Origin: Candidatus Fraserbacteria bacterium
Lineage (GTDB): Bacteria; Bipolaricaulota; Bipolaricaulia; RBG-16-55-9
DNA: 64,000 nt
Direction of reading: 5' to 3'
Assembly (NCBI GenBank): GCA_037443265.1
Contig: JBBIOR010000006.1
Span: 12,896-76,895, forward strand
The notes under the pieces: generated by a model
Seen by the model: only the letters and a program-made list of their open reading frames with translations
Told to the model about the DNA's origin: nothing
Databases searched by the model: none
Made by a program: the position numbers and the translations under genes
Shown here: in pieces, positions 20,829 to 30,293 of the stretch
Position numbering within the stretch: the first letter of the stretch is position 1
How the letters are laid out: each line of letters starts with the position of its first letter

Positions 20829-22078
20829 AACTCACGCGTCGTGCGTTCTTGCGAAGGACAAGCCAGGGCCTGCTGGCGCTGGCTCTGGGGCCGGCTCTCT
20901 TTGGGCGTGCCCAGGCCCGAGAGATCATCATCGGCCATCAGGCTCCGCTCACTGGAGCAGTGGCCCAATTCGGCCTCTGGCACAATCGCGCCTTACGAGC
21001 CGCTATAGATCGCATCAACTCGGAAGGCGGCGTGGCCGGTCGTGCTCTCATTCTGATCACGGAGGACGAAGCCTCCAACCCGGAGACGGGCAAGGACAAG
21101 TTTAGAAAGCTCGTACTGCAAGACGGGGTGGATTTCGTGATCGGCTCTGTCTGGTCGGCGACGAATCTGGCCACGGCCCCGCTGGCCAAAGAACTCAAGA
21201 CGATCTATTTCCCTCAGGGCATCGCCACGGAGATCACGGGAGCCGCGGGCAATCGCTATATTTTTAAGAGCTATCACAGCGTGCGGGCAGCGGTGATGGC
21301 GGGCGCCAAGTGGGCCGTCGAACATCTGGGAAGACGCTGGACGATCATCGCTTCAGAGCTCGAGTTCGCGCAGTCTCAAAAGGACGACTGGACTGCCCGA
21401 CTGCAACAACTGGGCGCAGAGATCGTGGATGTTATCACTATTCCCTTCCGCCCGACGGATTTTCTGCCCTTGTTGAGCCGCATCAATCTGGAGCGGACGG
21501 AAGTTCTCTATCAGGCCTTCACGGCCGTAGACACGATTCGCTTTCTGCAGACGGCATTCGAGCTGGGCTTTCAGGAGCGCTTAAAGATCCTTGGGCTGAT
21601 CGAGGGCATTGATGTCTTGGACACCAATGATCCAGCGTTTGAGGGGACGTACTATATTACGAGCTACCCGCGCCGCGCGGAGGGGGTGCCCCAAGAGCTT
21701 GCAGAATTTGATCGATTCTATCGTCAAGCCGTGGGCATCGATGAGGAAGGCCGGTCGGCTCAGGGGGAAGTGGTCCCCATCGCAGATCTCTTCGGCAGCT
21801 GGCAGGCTCTCTCGCTCATTAAGCTGGGCATCGAGCGAAGCGGCTGGCAATCGAAGGCCGATAATCCCTCCCTCATCCAAGCGCTGGAGGGGCTCAGCTG
21901 GACGGCCGGGCCTCAGTTCCCCCAGGGCGAAGGATTTCTGCGGGCGGAAGACCATCTCGCCTTCCACAGCCATTACGTCGAACGAGTGGAGCAGGGACGA
22001 TTGAGAGTCCTGCTGCGCATCCCCAAGGAAGCCTCGCTGTACGAGCCTCTTGCGAATTACACTCAGCAAGAGTTCTGA
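20825..22078 (+). CDS. LIV-family ABC substrate-binding protein, Tat signal (paralog of 18903-20144)
   Basis: TRRAFLR; shares [38 protein letters not shown] with the upstream copy. Confidence 0.9.
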   Translation: MKLTRRAFLRRTSQGLLALALGPALFGRAQAREIIIGHQAPLTGAVAQFGLWHNRALRAAIDRINSEGGVAGRALILITEDEASNPETGKDKFRKLVLQDGVDFVIGSVWSATNLATAPLAKELKTIYFPQGIATEITGAAGNRYIFKSYHSVRAAVMAGAKWAVEHLGRRWTIIASELEFAQSQKDDWTARLQQLGAEIVDVITIPFRPTDFLPLLSRINLERTEVLYQAFTAVDTIRFLQTAFELGFQERLKILGLIEGIDVLDTNDPAFEGTYYITSYPRRAEGVPQELAEFDRFYRQAVGIDEEGRSAQGEVVPIADLFGSWQALSLIKLGIERSGWQSKADNPSLIQALEGLSWTAGPQFPQGEGFLRAEDHLAFHSHYVERVEQGRLRVLLRIPKEASLYEPLANYTQQEF

Positions 22079-22956
22079 TGGAACAAGTCCTCTTTCAGCT
22101 GCTCAATGGCTTCGTCTGGGGTTGGGCGCTGGCCCTCATCGCCCTGGGACTCAATCTCGTCTATGGGGTCTTGAGGATCATCAATGTGGCCCATGGGGCG
22201 TTCTACATGCTGGGGGCCGTGGCTGGCTGGGCGATCCTGGGGCAGCTTAGGGCCATCAGCGATCTTTATCTTTTGAATTTCGCACTCGCGCTCCTTGTGG
22301 CACCCCTGCTCGTGGGGCTTTTGGGCATGCTCTTGGAGTGGACGATCCTGCGCCCCAGGGAAGACAAGCCGGTGCTCACGATCATTGCCACCTTCGCGCT
22401 CCTTTTGATCTTGCAGCAGGGGGTGCAGCTGCTCCTGCCCGGCGCTCAGCGGGTGGTGCCTCCCATTGCCGGAGGCATGGAGATCTTCGGCCTGCGCTAT
22501 CCTATTTATCGACTGGTGCTCGCCGGGTTGTCCATGGGGTTCATGCTCGTCTTGTGGCTCCTTCTCTACAAGACGCGCTTTGGGATGTGGGCCCGCGCCG
22601 TGCACCAAGACCGTGAGCTCGCTCTGGCGATAGGCCTACCCGTCCCGTGGATCTATGGGCTCGTGTTTGGGTTGGGGGTGGCGCTCGCAGCTGCGGCGGG
22701 GGTGCTTACAGCACCGATCGTGCCTGTCGAAGCCTCGATGGGCATGATCATTTTGATTGAGGCCTTCATGGTCGTGATCGTCGGAGGATTAGGAAATCTG
22801 CCGGGCGCGATCATCGCGGCCCTCCTCTTCCGGCTGGCCGAAGGATTTTTCACGGTCTGGATGGAGCCGATCACCGCCCGCGCGCTGGCCCTTCTATTCA
22901 TGGGAGCTCTGCTGTTCTTAAAACCTCAAGGACTCTTCGGCACTCATGAAGATTGA
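22078..22956 (+). CDS. livH: Branched-chain amino acid ABC permease LivH-like
   Basis: ALGLNLVYGVLRIINVAHG, VIVGGLGN. Confidence 0.88.
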   Translation: MEQVLFQLLNGFVWGWALALIALGLNLVYGVLRIINVAHGAFYMLGAVAGWAILGQLRAISDLYLLNFALALLVAPLLVGLLGMLLEWTILRPREDKPVLTIIATFALLLILQQGVQLLLPGAQRVVPPIAGGMEIFGLRYPIYRLVLAGLSMGFMLVLWLLLYKTRFGMWARAVHQDRELALAIGLPVPWIYGLVFGLGVALAAAAGVLTAPIVPVEASMGMIILIEAFMVVIVGGLGNLPGAIIAALLFRLAEGFFTVWMEPITARALALLFMGALLFLKPQGLFGTHED

Positions 22957-23908
22957 GATGCGCAAGCTCTTTGCTTTTGGCTTGATATTAGCACTGTTGG
23001 CCGCAGCCCCATGGCTGCTTGGCCCCTTCCCGTTGGGCATCTTGATGAAGATTCTCATCTGGGGGCTTTTTGCGATGAGTTTCGATCTGATCTTTGGGTA
23101 CACGGGGCTGCTCAGCTTGGGACACTCGGTGTATTTCGGCTTGGGGGCCTATGGCGCAGCTCTTATGATTCTTCATGGGCAGCCTGGAATTGCCGCGCCC
23201 CTCGCCACAGGCCTTCTTTTGGGAGCGGCTGTGGCGGCGTTGATTGGCCTACTGGCCGTGCGCACCGGAAGCCACGGCTTCATCATCGTCACGGCGGTGA
23301 CGTCGCTGCTCTTCTATCTTCTGGCCCAGAGCCGCAGGGATCTTACGGGCGGCGACGACGGCCTGACGTTGAGTCCGCTGCCTCTTAAGCTGGCAGGCTG
23401 GTCCGCAGGCTGCGCCGATCCCGGTCCGGCGTACCTTCTGGTACTGGGAGTCGTGGGCATCTCGTTTCTACTCTTGTACATCTTGGTGCGCACGCCGCTG
23501 GGTCTGGCGCTGCGCTGCGTGCGAGAGAACGAGCCACGCGCCCAGGCACTGGGCTACGATACGATCCGGCTGAAATGGCTCGCGTTTGCCCTTTCGGGAG
23601 GAGGAGCCGCGATGGCGGGAGCGCTCTATGCCCTGACGAATTGCCACATCTCCACGGGGCTCTTCCACTGGCTCGTCTCGGCCGATGCGCTCATCTGGAC
23701 GCTCTTCGGCGGCACGGGCACTCTAATAGGGCCACTCCTGGGCACCGGGGTCTTCTTCGCCTTGCGTGAGGGACTGAGCGGCGTCTGGCAGACGGGGTAT
23801 CCCATCTTAGTGGGCCTGGCGCTCCTTTTGATGGCGCGCTTCTTCCCTCGTGGGCTGCTGGGCCTCGTGAGCGAGCTGGGGCGGTTCAGCCGTCGCTGGG
23901 TGCGATGA
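22946..23908 (+). CDS. livM: Branched-chain amino acid ABC permease LivM-like
   Basis: GYTGLLSLGHS, TGGDDG, RENEPRAQALGY, GGTGTLIGP. Confidence 0.88.
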   Translation: MKIEMRKLFAFGLILALLAAAPWLLGPFPLGILMKILIWGLFAMSFDLIFGYTGLLSLGHSVYFGLGAYGAALMILHGQPGIAAPLATGLLLGAAVAALIGLLAVRTGSHGFIIVTAVTSLLFYLLAQSRRDLTGGDDGLTLSPLPLKLAGWSAGCADPGPAYLLVLGVVGISFLLLYILVRTPLGLALRCVRENEPRAQALGYDTIRLKWLAFALSGGGAAMAGALYALTNCHISTGLFHWLVSADALIWTLFGGTGTLIGPLLGTGVFFALREGLSGVWQTGYPILVGLALLLMARFFPRGLLGLVSELGRFSRRWVR

Positions 23909-24609
23909 TGTCAGAGATCTTGCGGGCCAGGGGCCTCGTCAAGCGCTTCGACAGCGTAAGAGCTGTCGATGGCGTCGATCTTGCGCTCTTCTCTGGAGAG
24001 ATTCGCGCGTTGATCGGCCCCAATGGGGCCGGGAAGACCACGCTCATCAGCCTGCTGGCCGGCCAGCTCCGTCCCGATGCGGGTTCGATTGCGTTTGCGA
24101 GCCAAGACGTGACCCGCTGGCCAGCCCATCGGCGCGCGCAGCTGGGCTTAGCGCGCACGTTCCAGATTGCGGCGCTCTTCCCATCGCTGACCGTGCGCGA
24201 GCACCTGGAGGCCGCCCTCCAAGCGAGCCCCTCTCACCGCCCTCCAGAGACATCTGAGGTCCTCAAGCTCTGTCACTTGAAAGACAAGCAAGATGCGCGT
24301 GCCGGTGAGCTCTCGCACGGAGATCAACGGCTTCTGGAGCTTGCCATGGCTCTTGTTCAGCACCCCAAGCTCCTCTTGCTCGATGAACCCGCGGCCGGCC
24401 TAAGCTCCACTGAGTCAGAGATGTTGATCCAGTTGCTCTCCGGCCTGAGAGGCCCGGCCGTTCTCATTGTGGAGCACGACATGCAGGTCGTCTTCCGGCT
24501 GGCCGAGCGAATCACTGTCATGCACCGCGGTCGGATCTTGGCCGAAGGCTCTCCCCCAGAGATCGAGCGTGACCCGCAGGTGCAGGAAGTCTATCTCGGA
24601 GGCTCGTGA
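23905..24609 (+). CDS. livG: ABC ATPase LivG-like
   Basis: GPNGAGKT, ARTFQ, LSHG, LLDEPAAG, VEHD. Confidence 0.9.
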   Translation: MMSEILRARGLVKRFDSVRAVDGVDLALFSGEIRALIGPNGAGKTTLISLLAGQLRPDAGSIAFASQDVTRWPAHRRAQLGLARTFQIAALFPSLTVREHLEAALQASPSHRPPETSEVLKLCHLKDKQDARAGELSHGDQRLLELAMALVQHPKLLLLDEPAAGLSSTESEMLIQLLSGLRGPAVLIVEHDMQVVFRLAERITVMHRGRILAEGSPPEIERDPQVQEVYLGGS

Positions 24610-25295
24610 TGCTGGAGCTTCTAGATATTCGGGCAGGCTACGGGACAGGCGTCGTGCTCCAAGGAGTCTCATTGCGCGTAGGAGCCGGGGAAGTCGTTGG
24701 CCTGCTGGGGCGAAACGGCGCGGGCAAGACGACGACGCTCAAGAGCATCTTGGGGCTGGTGCGCCTCCAATCGGGCTCGGTGCGCTTTTTGAATCAAGAG
24801 ATCTCCCAGCGGCCCGCGCACCAGATCCCCAGGCTGGGCATCGGCTACGTCCCCCAGGGTCGCCGAGTCTTTCCACAGCTTACCGTCGCAGAGAATCTGC
24901 TGATCGCATGGAGAGAGGCGCGCATCGATCGCTCACAGCTGGAGCAAATTTTACAGTCGTTCCCTCAGCTAAAGGATCGTCTCGCTCAGCGGGCAGGGAC
25001 TCTTTCAGGGGGAGAGCAGCAGATGCTGGCGATCGCACGAGCGCTTCTTATGCAGCCCAAGCTCGTCTTGCTCGACGAACCCACGGAAGGACTCATGCCC
25101 GCGCTCGTTCGCGAAGTCGAGCGTCTTTTGCGCGCACTGAGAGAGAATCGAATGGGTGTGCTCTTAGCTGAGCAACGCATGGACATGGCTCTGCGACTCT
25201 GCGATCGAGTCTATGTGTTGGAGAAAGGGAAGATCGTTTGGGAAGGGGCTCCCGGCGAGGGCCTTCAAAAATATTTGGGGATCCAGCGAGAATAG
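24606..25295 (+). CDS. livF: ABC ATPase LivF-like
   Basis: GRNGAGKT, LSGGEQQMLAIAR, LDEPTEGL. Confidence 0.9.
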   Translation: MMLELLDIRAGYGTGVVLQGVSLRVGAGEVVGLLGRNGAGKTTTLKSILGLVRLQSGSVRFLNQEISQRPAHQIPRLGIGYVPQGRRVFPQLTVAENLLIAWREARIDRSQLEQILQSFPQLKDRLAQRAGTLSGGEQQMLAIARALLMQPKLVLLDEPTEGLMPALVREVERLLRALRENRMGVLLAEQRMDMALRLCDRVYVLEKGKIVWEGAPGEGLQKYLGIQRE

Positions 25296-25304
25296 TGCCT
25301 TTCT

Positions 25305-26363
25305 TCAAAGGCCCAGAGCCTTCCGGGCTTCACGCACAAAGGCCACGGTGAGCTTGACGGTATTCTCAAAGTCATCGAGCCTCATCAAGCTGAACGGGGA
25401 GTGAATATAACGGCAGGGCACGGAGACCACGCCCGAGAGCACTCCTCCCTTGGTCTGTTGAATCGCCCCGGCATCTGTGCTGCCGTAGGGCGGAATCTTG
25501 TACTGGTACGGAATGCCTTCGGCTTCCGCGATCTCTGTCAAGGCGCGGATGAGCTTGGGATTGACGATCAGGGATTGATCGGCCACAGTGATGGCCGGGC
25601 CGTATCCCAAGCGACTGGGCTGACGCGCGCTGGGAATGCCCGGCACATCGGCTCCTACGGTCCCTTCCAGGGCGAGCGCAATGTCGGGTTCAATCTGATA
25701 CGCCGCGGTGCGCGCGCCCCTAAGTCCCACCTCTTCACAGGCGGCGAAGTTGGCTACCAGCGTGACCTCCGGCCTCTCTTTCCTCAGAGCTTTAAGAGTC
25801 TGAATGAGCACCGCACACCCCACGCGATCATCCAGCGCCTTCCCCATCACAAATCTCTCGTTGAGCCGCTCGAACGGATACGAGATCACCGCCGGGGACC
25901 CGATGCGAATCCCCATCTCTTCTACTTCTTGAGCTGAGGATGCGCCCACATCGACGAAGAGGTCCTCAAGCTTAAAGGGCTTTTCGCGCTCTTCGGGCTT
26001 GGTGATATGCGGCGGAGGTGTCCCGATGATCCCCTTGACCTTGCGCCCCCTCTGCGTGAGGATCGTCACGGCGTGTGAGGGGATGATGCGTACATCCCAG
26101 CTGCCCAGGGTCGTCAACCGCAGAAAGCCGCCCTCCTCAATGTAGCTCACCAGGAAGCCGATCTCATCCATGTGGGCATCGAGCATCAGCTTGACAGAGC
26201 TCTTCCCCTGGCGGACGGCGATCACATTGCCTAAGGCATCGATCTTGTACTCGTCGACGTATGGCTCAATGAGTTGGCGAATGCGCTGGCGGACTTCGTC
26301 CTCGAAGCCGGCTACCCCAAAGGCGTTCGATAGGACCTCTAAAAGCTCCCTGGAGTCTCTCAT
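25305..26363 (-). CDS. M42 family aminopeptidase
   Basis: DAHMDEIG, KALDDRVG, EEVGLRGA, STDA, RYIHS; start reassigned to MRDSRE. Confidence 0.92.
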   Translation of the reverse strand: MRDSRELLEVLSNAFGVAGFEDEVRQRIRQLIEPYVDEYKIDALGNVIAVRQGKSSVKLMLDAHMDEIGFLVSYIEEGGFLRLTTLGSWDVRIIPSHAVTILTQRGRKVKGIIGTPPPHITKPEEREKPFKLEDLFVDVGASSAQEVEEMGIRIGSPAVISYPFERLNERFVMGKALDDRVGCAVLIQTLKALRKERPEVTLVANFAACEEVGLRGARTAAYQIEPDIALALEGTVGADVPGIPSARQPSRLGYGPAITVADQSLIVNPKLIRALTEIAEAEGIPYQYKIPPYGSTDAGAIQQTKGGVLSGVVSVPCRYIHSPFSLMRLDDFENTVKLTVAFVREARKALGL

Positions 26364-26469
26364 AGGCGTTTCTCCTCTTGGGTGATGGCAGATGGCCGCA
26401 TTATAGACGAAAAGCGATGCCTTGCCCATCGAGGGGAGATCGACTATAATCGCGGCAAAGGAACTCATC

Positions 26470-27660
26470 ATGGGTCGAAGGCTGTTTACGTCAGAGTCGG
26501 TGACGGAGGGCCACCCGGACAAGATGGCCGATCGCATCTCCGATGTCATCTTGGACGCCATTCTCACAGAGGATCCCCAGGCGCGGGTCGCCTGTGAGAC
26601 ATTCGTGACGACGGGGCTGGTGATGATCGCGGGCGAGATCACCACACACTCCCGCGTAGATTACGCTTCCCTGGCCCGCCAGGCCATCCAGGAGATCGGC
26701 TACACCCGCCCCGAGTACGGCTTCTCTTACGATCAATGCGCCGTCTTAGTGGCCGTCCACGAGCAATCTCCAGACATCGCGCAGGCAGTGATCAAAGGAG
26801 CATCTCCAGACCCCTATGAGAGCCTGGGAGCCGGGGATCAGGGGATCATGTACGGCTATGCCTGCACAGAGACGGAGGTACTCATGCCACTGCCCATCAC
26901 GCTGGCTCATGGGCTGGTGAAGCGACTCGGCCAGGTCCGCAAGGAGGGCATTCTCGAGTATCTTAGGCCCGATGGGAAATCGCAGGTCACGGTGGAATAC
27001 GAGGACCATCGTCCGCTGCGCGCCCATACGGTAGTGCTTTCTGCCCAGCACGATCCCGAAGTCCCCCTGGGGCACTTGAAGGACGATCTGATCAAGCACG
27101 TGATTCGTCCTGTCTTAGGCGCGTGGCTGGATGGAAAGACAGAGATTCTCATCAATCCTTCGGGACGCTTTGTCATCGGCGGGCCACCAGGGGACACGGG
27201 CATGACCGGCCGGAAGATCGAAGTCGACACGTACGGAGGCTACGGCAGTCACGGAGGTGGGGCCTTCTCCGGCAAGGATCCTACGAAAGTCGACCGCTCC
27301 GGCTCATACATGGCGCGCTACGTGGCCGTCAATATCGTAGCCGCAGAGCTCGCCCAGGAATGCGAAGTTCAAGTGGCCTATGCGATTGGGCGTGCGCGAC
27401 CCCTGGCTATCACGATCGATACCTTCGGCACGAGTGTCATTCCCGATGGAGAGATCCAGAAACTCGTCGAGGAACATTTTGACTTCCGACCGGCGGCCAT
27501 CATCGAGCACTTGCAACTTAGAAGGCCGATCTACACACCGCTCTCGGCCTATGGGCACTTCGGGCGCCCTGAGCTTGGGCTCCCTTGGGAGCGACGGGAC
27601 AGGGCTGAAGCCCTGCGGGAGGCCGCCGGTCTTCGGCCTCTAGAGCAGAGACAACGCTAG
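26470..27660 (+). CDS. metK: S-adenosylmethionine synthetase
   Basis: [42 protein letters not shown]. Confidence 0.97.
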   Translation: MGRRLFTSESVTEGHPDKMADRISDVILDAILTEDPQARVACETFVTTGLVMIAGEITTHSRVDYASLARQAIQEIGYTRPEYGFSYDQCAVLVAVHEQSPDIAQAVIKGASPDPYESLGAGDQGIMYGYACTETEVLMPLPITLAHGLVKRLGQVRKEGILEYLRPDGKSQVTVEYEDHRPLRAHTVVLSAQHDPEVPLGHLKDDLIKHVIRPVLGAWLDGKTEILINPSGRFVIGGPPGDTGMTGRKIEVDTYGGYGSHGGGAFSGKDPTKVDRSGSYMARYVAVNIVAAELAQECEVQVAYAIGRARPLAITIDTFGTSVIPDGEIQKLVEEHFDFRPAAIIEHLQLRRPIYTPLSAYGHFGRPELGLPWERRDRAEALREAAGLRPLEQRQR

Positions 27661-27737
27661 CTTAAGTGACGCGCGTTTGTTGTGGATCTCATCTTGTGGT
27701 GGTATTCGAGTAGGAAGGCTATAATCAGAAGGCCATC

Positions 27738-27810
27738 GTCCCCATCGTCTAGAGGCCTAGGACGCCGGGCTTTCAATCCGGCAACACGGGTTCGAATCCC
27801 GTTGGGGACG
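27738..27810 (+). tRNA. tRNA-Glu(TTC)
   Basis: GTCCCCA/TGGGGAC acceptor, CCGGG-CTTTCAA-TCCGG anticodon arm. Confidence 0.95.
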
Positions 27811-27824
27811 CCCATTGCGCTACC

Positions 27825-28994
27825 ATGAACCCAAAGCGAGTCTCTGCCGAACATGCCTCCCTCCTAGCGCAATATCGCCCGCAGTTCCCCATCTTACAGC
27901 AGAAAATCTATCTGAACACCTGTTCGCTGGGAGCACTCTCCAAAAGATCTATCCAGGCCATCCAGGAGTTTCTCAATCTGTGGAACGAGTGGGGAGCCTC
28001 CGCTTGGTATGAGATCTGGCTGAAAGAATTAAAAAAGCTGCGTGCCCGCTTCGCCCAGCTCATCGGGGCTAAACCCGAAGAGATCGCCCTTTCCCCCAGC
28101 GTGTCCACGGCCCTCAGCTCGATCGCCTCGGCCCTCGATCATCACGAGCGCCCCAAGATCATCACCACCGAGCTGGATTTCCCCACCGTCGCCTATCAGT
28201 GGCTGGTGAAGCGCTCTCAGGGCGTGTGCGTAGAATTCCTGACCAGTCAGGACAAGATCCATGTGCCTCTTGAATCTTATCAAAAGAGCATCGATGAGAA
28301 GACGGCGTTGGTGGCCACATCGCGGGTCTTCTTCACCAGCGGCTATCTCCAAGATATCAGAAGCATCACGGAGCTGGCCCATGCGAAAGGAGCGCTCATG
28401 CTGGTGGATGATTATCAGGGCACGGGTCAGGTGCCCATCGATGTCAAAGAACTGGGCATAGATTTTCTGGTCACCGGCAGCCTGAAGTGGCTCCTGGGCG
28501 GGCCAGGCATAGCGTTCTTATACGTTCGTGAGGATCTGCTCTCAAAGCTGCGACCTACGATCACGGGCTGGTTCGCCGCGCGGGATCAATTCTCTTTCAA
28601 TCCCAAAGAGTTTGAGTTTCGGGGCGAAGCGACGCGCTTTGAGCTGGGGACGCCCGCCTTGGCAGCGGTGTACGCAGCCAGAGCGGGCTTGGAGCTCGTG
28701 CACGAGATTGGATCCCAAAGGCTTAGGGAGCGCACGAGCTTTCTGACGACACATCTCATTGAGGCAGCGCATGAGCGGGGTCTCGGGCCCCGAGTCGCCA
28801 AGCGCGAGGAGGAGCGAGCAGGAATTGTGATGCTGCCTGCGGACGATCCAGCCCGCGTGGTCAAAGAGCTGGCGAAGCGCAACTTCATCATCGACTATCG
28901 CCCAGGAGCCTTACGCATCTCGCCCTACTTTTACAATACGCCGGAGGAGAACGAGGCCATTTTGAACGAGATCGAAAAGATCATCCGGGCGTGA
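27825..28994 (+). CDS. Class V PLP enzyme (kynureninase/cysteine desulfurase-like)
   Basis: YLNTCSLG, DFPT, DDYQ, GSLKWLLGGPG, GWF, RFELGTP, RISPYFYN. Confidence 0.85.
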   Translation: MNPKRVSAEHASLLAQYRPQFPILQQKIYLNTCSLGALSKRSIQAIQEFLNLWNEWGASAWYEIWLKELKKLRARFAQLIGAKPEEIALSPSVSTALSSIASALDHHERPKIITTELDFPTVAYQWLVKRSQGVCVEFLTSQDKIHVPLESYQKSIDEKTALVATSRVFFTSGYLQDIRSITELAHAKGALMLVDDYQGTGQVPIDVKELGIDFLVTGSLKWLLGGPGIAFLYVREDLLSKLRPTITGWFAARDQFSFNPKEFEFRGEATRFELGTPALAAVYAARAGLELVHEIGSQRLRERTSFLTTHLIEAAHERGLGPRVAKREEERAGIVMLPADDPARVVKELAKRNFIIDYRPGALRISPYFYNTPEENEAILNEIEKIIRA

Positions 28995-29123
28995 AGGGAA
29001 AAGCTGCCGGCCCCGCGCCGAATCCAGCCAGGAACGAGCTTCGCCCAGCTGTGTGTAATCCCCATCATAGTTGAGCACTTGTGGGGCCCTTTAAGATGAG
29101 CCTCAAGGAGGTTGGCCCCATTT

Positions 29124-29378
29124 ATGGAAATCGCACAAGCTCGACTGACGGGTACGGTGCAGGAGTGGAACCAAGTCTGCGATGGGATCCACACGCTCGA
29201 CTGTCTCCATCAGGTGGCCCAACTGCTGGCCGACGACCTGCTGCAGATCCTCAGGCGCAACAAAGATCTGAAGGCCCATCTGCTCGACGAAGGCACCCGC
29301 CTGACGCTCGCCCTCAGCCTCCATGTGGAAGAGGGCCAATCCGATGGCCTGGTGCGAGAGTGGCCTTCGACTTCTTGA
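29124..29378 (+). CDS. Small hypothetical protein (84 aa)
   Basis: SD AAGGAGG at 29105-29111; helical, Leu-rich; family not recognised. Confidence 0.6.
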   Translation: MEIAQARLTGTVQEWNQVCDGIHTLDCLHQVAQLLADDLLQILRRNKDLKAHLLDEGTRLTLALSLHVEEGQSDGLVREWPSTS

Positions 29379-29430
29379 AAGCAGAAGAGCTTGGCCAGCT
29401 GCGTGCTTTGTCCTTTCGGGGCTGCTGAGC

Positions 29431-29464
29431 AAAAAGCTGGGGTCAGGAGGTGAGGAACCCCAGC
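29431..29464 (-). terminator. Intrinsic terminator-like hairpin
   Basis: GCTGGGGT-loop-ACCCCAGC followed by TTTTT on the minus strand. Confidence 0.6.
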
Positions 29465-29629
29465 AAAACTCTGGCAACCTCGAAGGCCCCCTCTTTGGGC
29501 CAAGCTCTTCCACCAAAAGGAGGTTGGGTTTCGCTCTCATCCCCCTCTACGATGATGAGAGCCATTAAGAGAGATTGGGTTTGCGTCCCTCCACCCGCTT
29601 GGTTGAGCCTCCTCACCGCTCCTCTCACC
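29431..29629 (-). ncRNA. Putative structured small RNA, 6S RNA-like rod
   Basis: Promoter TTGACT-18-(TGC)TAATGT at 29665-29636; 5' and 3' ends pair; long G-U-rich apical stem; ends in hairpin plus U5. Confidence 0.5.
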
Positions 29630-29707
29630 GAGCTTACATTAGCATAGAAGAGGCAGGAAAGTCAATGCCTCCCCAGGGAGCAGGCTGGGGAAATTCGTCA
29701 CCTGGGG

Positions 29708-29780
29708 TGGGCCCGGCAGGACTCGAACCTGCGACCTTCGGCTTAAAAGGCCGCTGCTCTACCAACTGAGCTACGGGCCC
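29708..29780 (-). tRNA. tRNA-Lys(TTT)
   Basis: Reverse complement GGGCCCGTAGCTCAGTTGGTAGAGCAGCGGCCTTTTAAGCCG...GTTCGAGTCCTGCCGGGCCCA. Confidence 0.95.
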
Positions 29781-29817
29781 CTAGACTCTTTCAGCTTAAC
29801 GCACCCCAATTAAGACT

Positions 29818-30201
29818 TCAATGCCCGGAACCCCGCCCGTTATTCTTCGCGTAGAGGATCGCGGCCAAGATTCCTACACCATCGATGGCCACATCCCGTG
29901 GAGTCCCGACTCGCCCCTCCACAGACTGTTGATGATATTCATCGCTGATCGCATAGCTTAGGGCGAGAGATGCACTCCAGATCAGCACATGACAGAAGGC
30001 GAGCCGGTGGGCCGATAGAGCCCGCCCCAAAAGATACGTCAAGACGGCATATTCCGCGATGTGTGCCATCTTGCGTAGGATGAAATCCCAGACCCAGGGC
30101 AGCCCCGATCCCAGCGACGGGATCGAGGAGAAATAAAAGATCAGCCCGGCCCACAGCAAGACGGGAAGCCAGTAGAGCACAATAAGCCGCACGCGCTTCA
30201 C
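29818..30201 (-). CDS. VanZ family membrane protein
   Basis: LIFYFSS, RKMAHIAEYAVL, YAISDEYHQ..V.GR, DVAID; probable GTG start. Confidence 0.88.
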   Translation of the reverse strand: MKRVRLIVLYWLPVLLWAGLIFYFSSIPSLGSGLPWVWDFILRKMAHIAEYAVLTYLLGRALSAHRLAFCHVLIWSASLALSYAISDEYHQQSVEGRVGTPRDVAIDGVGILAAILYAKNNGRGSGH

Positions 30202-30293
30202 TCCCAAGATGGTACTTGTCGAGTCAGCCACCTGCCACCCTGGACATCCTTCCGGGTTGACGCACCGAGGGGAATCGACTAAGCTGGCCGTGT

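Noticed and set aside
26364-26469. Possible SAM riboswitch before metK (and ZTP/purine riboswitch before glyA or purF)
   Set aside because: TATAAT lies only about 20 nt before the metK start, leaders are too short, and no aptamer motifs are recognisable.
29103-29540. 145-aa minus-strand ORF starting inside the candidate RNA
   Set aside because: Runs through a terminator-like hairpin and antisense to the better-signalled plus-strand ORF; no recognisable protein features.
27738-29780. Segment between tRNA-Glu and tRNA-Lys as a possible integrated element
   Set aside because: No integrase, no duplicated tRNA 3' end and no evident compositional shift.
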